Origin: a bacterium | GTDB taxonomy: Bacteria; Patescibacteriota; Patescibacteriia; UBA9570 | Direction: 5' to 3' | NCBI GenBank assembly: GCA_030698395.1 | Contig: JAUYKW010000025.1 | Location: forward strand, 68,179 to 132,178 | Length of the DNA: 64,000 nucleotides | Part shown: positions 47,990-58,316 of the stretch, one piece after another | How the letters are laid out: each line of letters starts with the position of its first letter | Numbering within the stretch: position 1 is the stretch's first letter | Notes under the pieces: generated by a model | Told to the model about the DNA's origin: nothing | Seen by the model: the letters and a program-made list of their open reading frames with translations, nothing else | Database searches by the model: none | Position numbers and translations under genes: made by a program

Positions 47990-49612
47990 TTATGCGGAGG
48001 GTTTTTTAAATAATTTACGGAAACGAATATATTCAAATAAACGCAAACCAGTGAAGCGACCAAATACAAAATTAAGAACCAGAGTTAGCAATACAGCCTC
48101 AGGGTAAGCCATAATAAATGTTTCAAATACACCCCAAGTAACAATGCCGTAACTAATTATAGCCAAGACTAACGTTTCTATGGTCAATACAATTGCGGTA
48201 CGGTTGCCTTGTTCAATTTGAGCTTCTACAAATTTTTCAGTAAGAATAATCATGACTAAAATAGGAAAGATAGAAATAGTTACAATTGAGCTTCTACCTA
48301 AATAACTAGCAGCAATAAACATGATAAATATCGACAAACTAACGATTGTTAAAACTATGGCCATGCGGGGCATGTACAAAATACGTAAATATCGAACTAA
48401 TAATCTAGATACAGTTGCTACTACTAGTAATAGCAAGAATAGAACTAAACCATATTTTAATTGAGTAACTACAAAAGTTAGAGCGATAATAGATGGAACG
48501 TAGATACCAAAAGCTTTTACACCAACTATTTGTCTACCAAAGGCAATGATTGTAGCTACAATCGGTAGGATGAGTAAAAGGAATAAAGTATCTGGACTAA
48601 CACCCTGATTGATCAGATAGTTAATACCATAAGAGAAAAAATTAAACGGAGATATTGTATCTAACACTCGTTGGCTATGACGTCCAATAATTTGATAATC
48701 GATATTATTGGATTGCAAACTTGAAGTTAGAGTATCAGCTGAAGGATTGGCAAGGATGATTTCTAATGCTGGAGTAGTTGTAAGTAGTACATATTGTGGC
48801 GTGATGATGTTAAAAGTACTTTGAGCTAACCTAGCTAAAGCAGACCCTGCGGTTTTATCATCAATTCTTACGATGGCTTTCTGGCTGAAGCTAGCACTAG
48901 ATGTAGCAACATCTCCATTTGAAGAGGTAAATATTCTACCAACTTCAGATAGTGCATTTAGGCCAATATTTTTTCCGGTCCAGGTAATGATTAAATTGGC
49001 TTGAGCCAAATCTTCCTCTGACGTTACTAATTGTTCCGCAATATTTCTAGAGAGAGCATAGTTTGGATCGTTTTCATTTGTTGGTTTTACCGAAACCAAA
49101 AGAGTGCCGTGTCTTTGGGCATAGTCTTTAAGTTTTTTTAAATCATCCTTTGATACAGAATTGTCGGTAATAAGTAATACAACGTCTTTTGCGATAGAAA
49201 CTAACAATGTGTCTTTGGATACTTTTTCGCCATCAGTAACTGTTATTCTTGCTTTATACGTTCCTGGTTCAGCATAAATATGCGATGCGTCTATACCAAC
49301 AAATTGTTCCCCATCCCCAAAATCCCAAGTGTAGATTAATTTTTCATCAGTTGGACCAGTAGAACCAGATGCATCAAATACAATATTGCGTCCTACCACA
49401 CCATTTTTATCTTTGCCCGCAGATGCAGCCAATGGCGTTGCTTCGATTATTTCTTCCTCTTTCGCATTGTTCCCATCTTGAGAAGATTCAGTATTAGCAA
49501 CAACGACCTCGTCAGTAACCGGATTTTCAATAACAGTCTCTTGTGCAGAGACGTTTGGCCAAGGTGACAAGCTAAAAAGGAGAACAATAATTATCGTTAG
49601 TTGTTTTTTCAT
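47990..49612 (-). CDS. Signal peptide + PKD domain + 7TM domain of the 'inactive transglutaminase' family
   Basis: FDASGS..YTWDFGDG..H.Y..PGTY PKD motif; LLILPIVAT..RQIVG..FG.Y.P, PRMA, FP, GRFTGLRL.EY.RF. Confidence 0.85.
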   Translation of the reverse strand: MKKQLTIIIVLLFSLSPWPNVSAQETVIENPVTDEVVVANTESSQDGNNAKEEEIIEATPLAASAGKDKNGVVGRNIVFDASGSTGPTDEKLIYTWDFGDGEQFVGIDASHIYAEPGTYKARITVTDGEKVSKDTLLVSIAKDVVLLITDNSVSKDDLKKLKDYAQRHGTLLVSVKPTNENDPNYALSRNIAEQLVTSEEDLAQANLIITWTGKNIGLNALSEVGRIFTSSNGDVATSSASFSQKAIVRIDDKTAGSALARLAQSTFNIITPQYVLLTTTPALEIILANPSADTLTSSLQSNNIDYQIIGRHSQRVLDTISPFNFFSYGINYLINQGVSPDTLFLLLILPIVATIIAFGRQIVGVKAFGIYVPSIIALTFVVTQLKYGLVLFLLLLVVATVSRLLVRYLRILYMPRMAIVLTIVSLSIFIMFIAASYLGRSSIVTISIFPILVMIILTEKFVEAQIEQGNRTAIVLTIETLVLAIISYGIVTWGVFETFIMAYPEAVLLTLVLNFVFGRFTGLRLFEYIRFRKLFKKPSA

Positions 49613-50112
49613 ATTTCAGCTGGATTATTCATTAAGCTGGATGTTGTTATGGCAATCGCCAAAGCATCAGCGGCATCGTCAGGCTTAGGAATGCTTTTTA
49701 GTTGGAGTATTTGTTGAGTCATATATTGAACTTGTTTCTTATCGGCTGAACCATATCCAGTGATTGCGTTTTTTACTTGTGGTGGTGTTAGTTCTACTAA
49801 CTTCGCTCCATGTTGATCGATGGCTAGTAGAATAACTCCCCGGGCATGCGAAACTGCAGAAGCAGTTTTAATATTTTTTGAGAAGAAAATTTTCTCACAG
49901 CCAACAGCAATGGGTTTGTATTTGATAAGTAATTCTGAAAGGGCATTATATATTTCTGATAAACGAGTAGAATCTGGTAATCTGGAAGCTGTTCGGATGA
50001 CTCCATACTCTAATACTTCTGGTAGTGATGACTTCTTGGAGACGCGGATAGCGCCATAGCCAGTTATTGCTGTACCTGGATCAATGCCAATAAAAATATC
50101 AGAGTTCGGCAT
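49609..50112 (-). CDS. ruvC: Holliday junction resolvase
   Basis: GIDPG..TGYG, EKIFF, ARGV, G.ADKKQV, PDDAADALAIA. Confidence 0.96.
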   Translation of the reverse strand: MPNSDIFIGIDPGTAITGYGAIRVSKKSSLPEVLEYGVIRTASRLPDSTRLSEIYNALSELLIKYKPIAVGCEKIFFSKNIKTASAVSHARGVILLAIDQHGAKLVELTPPQVKNAITGYGSADKKQVQYMTQQILQLKSIPKPDDAADALAIAITTSSLMNNPAEI

Positions 50113-50800
50113 TGTGGTAAGTTTCGTCAATGTCTTCATTTTCTTCTAAGTCTGATAATAGCTTTTCAATTCTTCCTTTATCTTCTTCTTTACTGACATT
50201 TACTTTTGTTAGAGGAACTAAGTGAATTTCTGCTAGTTCAACATCATCTCCCATGGCATCTTTTACAGCATCTAAGGTTTCTGGAGATGTATATATAGTA
50301 AGACCATCATCTTCCTCAACTATATCGTCCGCACCTGCATCCATGGCTATTAATTGGAGTTCGTCCGCGCTCTTCTCAATGCGCACAATTCCCTTTTTTT
50401 GGAACAAATAATTAACAGTTCCTGGTCCACCTAGATTACCTCCAGCCTTAGATAAGGTTGTTTTAATGAACGTAGCTGTACGATTCGTGTTATCTGTAGA
50501 ACAGCGAATCATGATGGCAACACCTCCGGGACCATAACATTCATATGTAAGCTCTTCTATTAACTGTCCAGGTAATTCTCCGGCACCACGTAAAATTGCC
50601 CTTTCTATGTTGTCTTTGGGCATATTTGCAGCTTTTGCTGCATCAATTGCGGTCCGTAGGGCAGAATTCATCGATGGATCTTTACCGTTTTTGGCCGCTA
50701 AACTAATATTTTTCGATAGTTTAGTAAAAATAGCACCTTTTTTGGCGTCTGTAGCACCTTTTGCTCGCTTAATACTTGACCATTTAGAGTGTCCTGACAT
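50099..50800 (-). CDS. yebC: YebC/PmpR family protein
   Basis: MSGHSKW, NMPKDNIERAI, YE.YGPGGVA, TDN.NRT. Confidence 0.96.
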   Translation of the reverse strand: MSGHSKWSSIKRAKGATDAKKGAIFTKLSKNISLAAKNGKDPSMNSALRTAIDAAKAANMPKDNIERAILRGAGELPGQLIEELTYECYGPGGVAIMIRCSTDNTNRTATFIKTTLSKAGGNLGGPGTVNYLFQKKGIVRIEKSADELQLIAMDAGADDIVEEDDGLTIYTSPETLDAVKDAMGDDVELAEIHLVPLTKVNVSKEEDKGRIEKLLSDLEENEDIDETYHNAEL

Positions 50801-50890
50801 AGAAAATCTTGTTAATTATAACAAAAAATGGTTAAATAATCAAGGGTAATCATTGAGCAGGCTGTATGTCTGCGCTATACTAAACAAACT

Positions 50891-51934
50891 ATGATAAATA
50901 CAGATAAAATCAAACAATTAGATAGCCAAAACATGCTTGGAAGTATTGATCAGCTTGCAAGTCAGGTAAAACATGCTTGGGATGCAGTGAAACAAATAGA
51001 AGTTCCTGAACACTACAAAGAATGTAAGAATATTGTGTTATTTGGTATGGGCGGATCAGCATTGGGCATGGATATTATTAAAGCAGTTTATTCAAACCAA
51101 ATTACTGTACCAATTCACATTCAAAATGATTATGCAGTACCTAAATTTGTAGATAAGAATTCTTTGGTAATTCTTTCTAGTTACTCCGGTACAACTGAGG
51201 AGGTTGTGGCAACTGCATCAGAAGTAGCAGAATTAACTGATCGTATTCTAGTGGTCACAACCGGTGGTAAGTTGAGTGAATTAATGGAAGAAAAGAAGTA
51301 TCCTGGATACTTAATAGAGCCGACGTTTAATCCATGTGGTCAGCCACGTATTGCTGTAGGATATGCAACAATTGGATTGCTAGGATTATTGAATAACGTT
51401 GGTTTGGTAAAATTATCAGATCAAAACATTGATGATGTTGTACATTTTTTAGAAGGCAATCGAGAATTATTGCGGGATGATGCTATGCGAGTAGCTAGTG
51501 ATACAGAGCAATATATTCCAGTATATATTGGTAGTGAATTCTTGGCTGGAAACGTTCATGTAATGTCTAATCAGACAAATGAAAATGGTAAGCACTTTTC
51601 AACCTGGAAATTAATACCAGAGTTGAATCATCACCTCTTGGAGGGATTGGAAAATCCTGCGGGCAATACGGATAAAATTAGATTTATTTTTTTAGAGTCA
51701 AATTTGTATCATGTGCGTAATCAGAAACGCTATGAAGTTACGAAGCAGGTGTTAGAAGAATTAAAAATGACATATTCAGTATTTGTACCTACTGCAAATA
51801 ATGAATTATTACAATCGTTTGAAACTTTGCAATGGGGAAGTTATTTAAGCTTTTATTTATCTGTACTAAATAACATAGATCCATCACCGATCCCTTGGGT
51901 GGATTATTTTAAGGATGCACTTAAAAAGCCGTAA
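50891..51934 (+). CDS. Bifunctional phosphoglucose/phosphomannose isomerase (SIS fold)
   Basis: GMGGSALG, SSYSGTTEE, TTGGKL, QPR, NENGK, PELNH, DPSPIP. Confidence 0.88.
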   Translation: MINTDKIKQLDSQNMLGSIDQLASQVKHAWDAVKQIEVPEHYKECKNIVLFGMGGSALGMDIIKAVYSNQITVPIHIQNDYAVPKFVDKNSLVILSSYSGTTEEVVATASEVAELTDRILVVTTGGKLSELMEEKKYPGYLIEPTFNPCGQPRIAVGYATIGLLGLLNNVGLVKLSDQNIDDVVHFLEGNRELLRDDAMRVASDTEQYIPVYIGSEFLAGNVHVMSNQTNENGKHFSTWKLIPELNHHLLEGLENPAGNTDKIRFIFLESNLYHVRNQKRYEVTKQVLEELKMTYSVFVPTANNELLQSFETLQWGSYLSFYLSVLNNIDPSPIPWVDYFKDALKKP

Positions 51935-53453
51935 AGGAGAAATTGCCTTCTATACGGCAGTAGCTTTATTTAGCGGGATTTACTTTAGTATTTTGCAATG
52001 GCCAAGTAGCTTTGCTGATCCTGATTCTTTTTATCACGCAAGGATAATTCAGCAGATTTCTGAGCATGGATTACTCTATGCATTTCCTTGGCTCCAAGCT
52101 ACAACGCTTGCAGAAAAGTTTACAGATCATCATTTGTTGTATCATTTATTCTTGGTTCCATTCACGACCGTGCTAGATCCTGCAACTGCAGTCAAAGCCG
52201 GGCAGGTGGTGTTACTAGTAATTTTATCATTAGTTCTAGTATCTATATTACGGCGTTGGAAGTTGTCTTATAGTTGGGCCGCTTTGTTCATACTCTATAC
52301 AATTTCACCTTTTGTAGTACGGATAAATTTAGTTAAAGCAACAGCTTTGGCGATGATTATTTTGTTAGGTATTTTTATTTTATTGTTAGAAAGAAAATAT
52401 GGTTTAGTGGCACTATTGACTGTGGCTTATACCTGGGCGCATGGTGGATTTATATTGGCATGGTTAGTTGCTATGATGATTTGGCTGGCAGACATTGTTA
52501 CACAATCTATAAAACGAAAAAGAATTTATTTTGAAGATCCACGGGGTGTGATAATGGTTACGTTGGGCATTATAGCGGGCATAATAATAAATCCATATTT
52601 TCCACAAAACTTATTTTTTTTCTGGGAACAAGTTGTTCAGATCGGTTTCATTAATTATCAAGAAGTTATAGAGGTAGGAGGTGAATGGTATCCATTTGCG
52701 CTCGATCAGTTAACGGGGTTACTTAGTATTTTGCTTATTGCCGTATTGTTAGCCTGTATGATTTTTGTGTGGCAAAGAAAGAAATACTTTACAGACATCA
52801 AAGCAGTTAGCTTATTGTTTATAGCGATAATGTTCTTTTTTGCAACTTTACGCTCACGGCGTAATGTAGAGTATTTGGTTCCATTTTTGTGGTTGTGGAC
52901 ATGTTATTTGGTTTTGCCCTATCTAGAATCAGGAGCTTGGAAGGTTCATCTTAAAAAGCTAAAGCAACAATTAGGAAAGGTGTTTACAGTATTAGCTGTT
53001 TATTTACTAATTGTTATTCCGCTGGCATCAATTAAAAATGTATTTGAAGCACAAGAAGATTTAAGTGAGGGCATTGATTTGTCCACTTATCAGGCAGCTG
53101 GGGAGTATATGAAAGAAAACATCCCTGTGAATACAAATATATTTCACACACAATGGGATGAGTTTCCTATGTTGTATTATCAGAATTCGAATAATTATTA
53201 TTTAGTAGGACTCGATGCAACATTTATGTATTTAGATGACGCTGACAAATATCGGCGCTGGCGAGAGATATCCGAAGGCAATGTAAAAGAGCATTTATCT
53301 ACAATAATAAATGAAGAGTTCAATTCATCATATGTTTTTATAGGGCGTTCTACAAAAAGTTCTCAGTTGCTTGATGCATATTTGTTTCGTGATCCAGAAG
53401 TAATCCTTGAATACGAAGATGAATATACGAGGATATATAATCTAGGCACATGA
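51915..53453 (+). CDS. Multi-TM GT-C-fold glycosyltransferase-like protein, paralog 1
   Basis: ADPDSFYHA after TM1, many TMs, INPYFP, VGGEWYP, SRRNVEY, soluble C-terminal domain WDEFP..GLD. Confidence 0.7.
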   Translation: MHLKSRKGEIAFYTAVALFSGIYFSILQWPSSFADPDSFYHARIIQQISEHGLLYAFPWLQATTLAEKFTDHHLLYHLFLVPFTTVLDPATAVKAGQVVLLVILSLVLVSILRRWKLSYSWAALFILYTISPFVVRINLVKATALAMIILLGIFILLLERKYGLVALLTVAYTWAHGGFILAWLVAMMIWLADIVTQSIKRKRIYFEDPRGVIMVTLGIIAGIIINPYFPQNLFFFWEQVVQIGFINYQEVIEVGGEWYPFALDQLTGLLSILLIAVLLACMIFVWQRKKYFTDIKAVSLLFIAIMFFFATLRSRRNVEYLVPFLWLWTCYLVLPYLESGAWKVHLKKLKQQLGKVFTVLAVYLLIVIPLASIKNVFEAQEDLSEGIDLSTYQAAGEYMKENIPVNTNIFHTQWDEFPMLYYQNSNNYYLVGLDATFMYLDDADKYRRWREISEGNVKEHLSTIINEEFNSSYVFIGRSTKSSQLLDAYLFRDPEVILEYEDEYTRIYNLGT

Positions 53454-54973
53454 AACGATTATTGTCGAAAGATCATTTAATATTATACTTACTCACTAGT
53501 AGTATATTTGTTTTATTTTTATTTAATCAGTATTCATCCGTGTTAGCAGATCCGGATTCCTTTTATCATATGAAAATGGCACAGTTGTTGTTGGATCAAG
53601 GAATAATTAAGGATTTTATATGGTTACCATACACTACTTTAAGTGAACATTTTGTTAATCAGCATTTATTGTTTCATGTATTATTAGCACCATTTGTTAC
53701 GTGGGGAAATCCATTTTTGGGTGTAAAATTATTTACGGCGTTATTAGGTACAACTGCAATCATTAGTATTGCGTTATTGCTACGAAGTTTAAAGTTGCGT
53801 TGGTGGCTTTTGGCAACAGTTATTTTAACGCTTACTGTTACCTTTACATTTCGATTGAACTTAGTAAAAGCATCGCCACTGTCGATGATATTGTTGTGCG
53901 TGGTAATTTGGTGTTTGATAAAAAAAAGAAATTGGTTATTAGCGGTTACGAGCATGGTTTTTGTGTGGAGCTATGGGGGCTTTTTTCTTGTTATCCCAGT
54001 TGTTTGTATTTGGATAATTGCTAATGCAAAAAAAGCTTTATGGAAAAAACCTGGTATATTTAAAAACCTAATAATTTTAATAAGACCACTATTGGCTGCT
54101 TGTGGGGGTATAATAATTGGATTACTTTTTAACCCATACTTTCCTGATAATTTATATTTTTATTGGGAGCAGGTAGTACAAATTGGAATTATAAATTACG
54201 GAGATAGTATCGGCGTGGGCGGTGAGTGGTATTCATATTATCCTCACGAATTATTTATTGGTTCTTTATGGCTTACTTTTATATTTGGCGGAGCATTGTT
54301 TTTTAAAATCATAAATCGGTTAAAGTGGAAAGAGTTGGATTGGTTTGTACTTGGTTTGTCTATTTTTGGAATGTTGTTAACATTTAAATCACGGCGCTAT
54401 GTGGAGTATTTTGGTCCGTTTACAATTCTTGCTGCGGCTACTTGGTTGAATGAGTTAAAAACTGATTCATTAAAACGTTTGATAAAAAGCGATATGCCAT
54501 TGAGAAAGATGGTAATGTGCTTACTACTAACAGCTTTTTTGGTTATTAGTGTTGTTCCGATAATTCTCCATGATAGCATTACTAACGCCAGTGATGTACG
54601 TGAGGGTTATTCGATTACACAATATAAGGATGCTAGTGAATGGTTGAGCATAAATGCAGTTCCGGGTAGCAATGTGATGCATAGTGATTGGGATGATTTT
54701 CCCATGTTGTTTTACTACAATAGCAATGTTAATTATATGGCCGGCTTAGATCCAACATTTATGTATCGTTATAATGAAGATCTGTATTGGATGTGGGTAG
54801 AGATTACCCTTGGTACTTATAAAGGAGATTTAGGAGATGCCCTATCTAAGCTAAATGTAAAGTACATTTTTATTGAAAGTAATCATACGGAAATGTATAA
54901 CTTATTTAATGAATATAAAAAAGTAAAACTTATTTATACTGATGAAGAAGCTGACATTTTTGTAGTACTGTAG
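53450..54973 (+). CDS. Multi-TM GT-C-fold glycosyltransferase-like protein, paralog 2
   Basis: ADPDSFYHM, FNPYFP, VGGEWYS, SRRYVEY, WDDFP..GLDP; ATGA overlap with paralog 1. Confidence 0.7.
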   Translation: MKRLLSKDHLILYLLTSSIFVLFLFNQYSSVLADPDSFYHMKMAQLLLDQGIIKDFIWLPYTTLSEHFVNQHLLFHVLLAPFVTWGNPFLGVKLFTALLGTTAIISIALLLRSLKLRWWLLATVILTLTVTFTFRLNLVKASPLSMILLCVVIWCLIKKRNWLLAVTSMVFVWSYGGFFLVIPVVCIWIIANAKKALWKKPGIFKNLIILIRPLLAACGGIIIGLLFNPYFPDNLYFYWEQVVQIGIINYGDSIGVGGEWYSYYPHELFIGSLWLTFIFGGALFFKIINRLKWKELDWFVLGLSIFGMLLTFKSRRYVEYFGPFTILAAATWLNELKTDSLKRLIKSDMPLRKMVMCLLLTAFLVISVVPIILHDSITNASDVREGYSITQYKDASEWLSINAVPGSNVMHSDWDDFPMLFYYNSNVNYMAGLDPTFMYRYNEDLYWMWVEITLGTYKGDLGDALSKLNVKYIFIESNHTEMYNLFNEYKKVKLIYTDEEADIFVVL

Positions 54974-54985
54974 GGAAAAAGCTAA

Positions 54986-55018
54986 AAACAAAACAGACCT
55001 CGATTAAGAGATCTGTTT
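54986..55018 (-). terminator. Intrinsic terminator after pilin 55040-55414
   Basis: Minus strand AAACAGATCTC-TTAATC-GAGGTCTGTTT-TGTTTTT. Confidence 0.7.
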
Positions 55019-55039
55019 GAATATGTAAGTATTTGTTCT

Positions 55040-55414
55040 TTACGCTCCTGTGAAATTCAACAAGTTGTTGATTGCATAGGTTGAAAGTCCCCAAGCTGCT
55101 AAGATGATCACTAAACCAATTAAGGCAGCGATTAAAAGCTTTTTGGCGCTTTCTACTTTTTCTTCATTACCACCAGCAGTCATCCATCGGAATCCACCGA
55201 TAAGAATCATGATAACGGCAACTAGCGCTAGTAGGCCTAATACCCAATTTACTACGCTTACGGCTAGATCCACTGGACTGGAATTACCCAATACTAGTGA
55301 GTTACCAATACCAGATGTATCTATAGTATCTACAGTTGCTGCACTAGCAATGTTTGCTGTTAGCAATGTAGCAGATCCTACTGCCAAATAACCTAGTTTT
55401 TTAAATTTATTCAT
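55040..55414 (-). CDS. VirB2/TrbC-like (T4SS-type) pilin 1, probable major subunit
   Basis: Signal peptide ending ASA; two TMs linked by GGFRWMTAGGNEEKVESAKK..ALIGL. Confidence 0.85.
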   Translation of the reverse strand: MNKFKKLGYLAVGSATLLTANIASAATVDTIDTSGIGNSLVLGNSSPVDLAVSVVNWVLGLLALVAVIMILIGGFRWMTAGGNEEKVESAKKLLIAALIGLVIILAAWGLSTYAINNLLNFTGA

Positions 55415-55477
55415 AGCGAATTGCGTTAAGAATATTGTTAGTTAGATATTTTTTTAATTCTCCTATTTATGGATGCA

Positions 55478-55506
55478 ATTATAGCACATCTAGAATTGAT
55501 TGTAAA
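55478..55506 (-). promoter_or_regulatory. Sigma70 promoter for pilin 1
   Basis: Minus strand TTTACA-17 bp-TATAAT with extended -10 TG. Confidence 0.7.
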
Positions 55507-55544
55507 TGTTTTATAGACAGGTAGATAGAGGAAAGAAAAAGTTA

Positions 55545-55574
55545 TTGACTTCAGAGGGTAAAATGTGGTATGCT
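55545..55574 (+). promoter_or_regulatory. Divergent promoter for the pilin operon
   Basis: TTGACT-18 bp-TATGCT with TG, 8 nt before ATG 55583. Confidence 0.6.
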
Positions 55575-55582
55575 ATTTATCA

Positions 55583-55993
55583 ATGCAGACTACTAAATAT
55601 AATTTATCGTTTGCAACATTTGCAAGAACATTGGCAATTGCTTTTTTAATTACATTCCCATTTGCAGTTAGTGCATATACTTTAGGATTTGATCCTGCAG
55701 TTGGTGACACGGAGCAACCATTACAGAAAGCAAGTCAATTAGGAACTGCAGATCCAACTCAAATTATCTTTACTATTATTAATACTAGTTTGATATTTCT
55801 AGGATCCATAACCTTAATTATGGTAATTGTAGCAGGCTTTATGTGGTTGTTAGCAGGTGGATCTGAGGAAAAGATAAAGAAAGCAAAAGACTTACTTAAA
55901 GGAGCGACAATTGGTTTGGTTATTGTATTGTCATCATTTGGATTGGCGAATTATGTGTTTACAGCTCTCCAAAGCGCAATTATTAGTAATTAG
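55583..55993 (+). CDS. VirB2/TrbC-like pilin 2
   Basis: AGFMWLLAGGSEEKIKKAKDLL.GA.IGL. Confidence 0.85.
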   Translation: MQTTKYNLSFATFARTLAIAFLITFPFAVSAYTLGFDPAVGDTEQPLQKASQLGTADPTQIIFTIINTSLIFLGSITLIMVIVAGFMWLLAGGSEEKIKKAKDLLKGATIGLVIVLSSFGLANYVFTALQSAIISN

Positions 55994-56433
55994 TGAGTTT
56001 AATGACACATCAAACAAAGAGTATAAAAATTTTTTTCATCAGCGCTTTAGTGATAGCTGTTGGATTATTCGTGGCTTTCCCTCCTGAATTGGTAGGTGCA
56101 GCTAACATATCTATAAATCCAATTGATGCTAGCGGTGAGTGGGGTAATTTAACCGATACCGGCTTAGGAACAACCGATCCCGTTGTTGTGGCATCTCAAA
56201 TAATCAACATACTTTTGCGAGTATTAGGACTGTTTTCATTGATAGTTATGCTATATGGTGGATGGTTATGGATTTGGGCAAGGGGAAATGAAGAAACTAT
56301 TAGTAAGGCTAAGGATATTTTAGTAGGTACGTTTATTGGCCTAATTATCATTTTGGCTTCATATGGGATTTTGCAGTGGGTATTTTATTATCTAGCAGAC
56401 ATTACAAATGCAGGTGGCGGAGCAAGCGCTTAA
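55993..56433 (+). CDS. VirB2/TrbC-like pilin 3
   Basis: YGGWLWIWARGNEETISKAKDIL.G..IGL. Confidence 0.85.
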   Translation: MSLMTHQTKSIKIFFISALVIAVGLFVAFPPELVGAANISINPIDASGEWGNLTDTGLGTTDPVVVASQIINILLRVLGLFSLIVMLYGGWLWIWARGNEETISKAKDILVGTFIGLIIILASYGILQWVFYYLADITNAGGGASA

Positions 56434-56923
56434 AAAAAATAGTTTTAAGTTTTTATTAGTAGCATGTTTAATACTGATATGTTTGCCTTTGGTAGGTATT
56501 GCAGTAGATAGTGAATCACCAGCTGAACAGGAAGATCCAACAAAAGGATATCTGCAGTTTGATCCAGCAGATAATACGAAAGTAAAAGAAGGTGGCCCCG
56601 ATGTAGCGCTTACTACAGTAAATCGACTGACATTTTTATCTGGAGGCAATGATCCATTAAGTATTTCTTTGAATATTATTAATGTGTCTCTTACCTTTTT
56701 AGGTACTTTATCAATGATAATGATTTTGTATGGGGGTGTAGTATGGTTTACATCAGGTGATAATGAGGAGAAGCTGGGCAAGGCTAAACAAATTATTATA
56801 GGAGCAATTATTGGATTGGTATTAACATTGGGTGCTTATTCAATAAGTACTTTAGTGTTTGATCAGATAAGTACTGCAACACAGAGACAAGACGATTCTT
56901 TATCGGAAGCACTTAATGATTAG
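56408..56923 (+). CDS. VirB2/TrbC-like pilin 4
   Basis: YGGVVWFTSGDNEEKLGKAKQII.GAIIGL. Confidence 0.83.
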   Translation: MQVAEQALKKNSFKFLLVACLILICLPLVGIAVDSESPAEQEDPTKGYLQFDPADNTKVKEGGPDVALTTVNRLTFLSGGNDPLSISLNIINVSLTFLGTLSMIMILYGGVVWFTSGDNEEKLGKAKQIIIGAIIGLVLTLGAYSISTLVFDQISTATQRQDDSLSEALND

Positions 56924-57419
56924 TAATATCAAGGATAGAATTTTAATATCAGGGTGGGTGATGGTAATTTTTTTAACTTTATTCATGCCATTTTTGGTAT
57001 TTGCCGCACCTACAACCGAGGATACTGCGCCTGTCTATACAAAGGACGCACTACCATTTGATCCAACGCAGGCGGCTCAGATAGAGTTAAAGTATCACGC
57101 AAAGGAACAATGGGAGGCCGGAAGACTTAGTACGATATGGCAACTTGATCTTGGTAGCGCTGATCCATTGTCTATAACGCTTAACATAATTAATATTGTA
57201 CTTACTTTCCTAGCTTCTGGATTTTTGATACTCTTAATGTACGCTGGAGTGTTATGGATGATAGCTCGTGGTAATCAGGAGCAAATTGATAAATCAAAAA
57301 AAATTATTCAACGAGCAGTTATTGGTTTAATCATTGTACTGGGAGCGCTTAGTATATCATCAACTATCTTCTATTTTATCGAACCTAGCTTTCAGGAGCC
57401 GGAAGCAGAAACACCATAA
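56916..57419 (+). CDS. VirB2/TrbC-like pilin 5
   Basis: YAGVLWMIARGNQEQIDKSKKII..AVIGL. Confidence 0.85.
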   Translation: MISNIKDRILISGWVMVIFLTLFMPFLVFAAPTTEDTAPVYTKDALPFDPTQAAQIELKYHAKEQWEAGRLSTIWQLDLGSADPLSITLNIINIVLTFLASGFLILLMYAGVLWMIARGNQEQIDKSKKIIQRAVIGLIIVLGALSISSTIFYFIEPSFQEPEAETP

Positions 57420-57428
57420 ACAAAAAAT

Positions 57429-57866
57429 ATGTATAAAAAACTCACTAGTTTATTTCTCATCATAGCATTAAGCATTACAGTGTTTTCTCTGTCTACAGCA
57501 CCTGCGTATGCGTTAAATTTTTTTCCAACATCAGATAATACTGGTCAATTAAATAATACAGCAGACACCGAAATAGCCTTAGGAGGAGTAGCCGCAACTC
57601 AAGTAGCGCTAGACTTAGTTAACTTGGCTTTATCATTACTAGTTACTCTATGTTTAATACTATTATTATATGGTGGTTTTTTATGGATCTGGGCACGTGG
57701 TAATGCTGAACAAGTACAGAAAGCAAAAGATATTATTCAGGGTACAGCTATTGGCATAGTTATCGTATTGTCAGCTTTAGGAATTACACAATTTGTATTC
57801 ATTCAGGTAGCTGATATTACAGGAGCGACCGTTGATACCGCTGAAGAACAAGCATCAACTCCTTGA
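57429..57866 (+). CDS. VirB2/TrbC-like pilin 6
   Basis: YGGFLWIWARGNAEQVQKAKDIIQG..IGI. Confidence 0.85.
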   Translation: MYKKLTSLFLIIALSITVFSLSTAPAYALNFFPTSDNTGQLNNTADTEIALGGVAATQVALDLVNLALSLLVTLCLILLLYGGFLWIWARGNAEQVQKAKDIIQGTAIGIVIVLSALGITQFVFIQVADITGATVDTAEEQASTP

Positions 57867-57893
57867 TGATTTTTAGAATGATATAAATCATCA

Positions 57894-58316
57894 GTGAAAA
57901 CAAGAATTATGAACAAGAATATTATGAATAAAGTTAAAAACATTGGTTTATCGCTGGTTATTGCGGGAGTATGTGTTGTGCCTGCAATGGCGATGGCTTA
58001 TACTCCTCAAGCTGTAGTATTTGATCCAGGTAGTAATGTAGAACGAAACACTGGTTTAGGTAACGCAAGCCCTACAGATGTAGCTGCTGGTATAATTAAT
58101 TGGGTGCTGGGGTTATTAATGATTATCTCCGTAATCTTGATTATCTACGGAGGTTTTATTTGGATGTTTTCACGTGGAAATGAAGAACAGGTAACTAAAG
58201 CGAAGGATATTTTAACTGGAGCTTTAATTGGAGCGGTGATTATTTTAGCGTCTTATGGAGCATCGTATTATGTATTTGAAAATTTACTAAATGCAACTGT
58301 AAATGGAGTTGCTTAA
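57894..58316 (+). CDS. VirB2/TrbC-like pilin 7 (true start may be a downstream ATG)
   Basis: YGGFIWMFSRGNEEQVTKAKDILTGALIG. Confidence 0.85.
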   Translation: MKTRIMNKNIMNKVKNIGLSLVIAGVCVVPAMAMAYTPQAVVFDPGSNVERNTGLGNASPTDVAAGIINWVLGLLMIISVILIIYGGFIWMFSRGNEEQVTKAKDILTGALIGAVIILASYGASYYVFENLLNATVNGVA

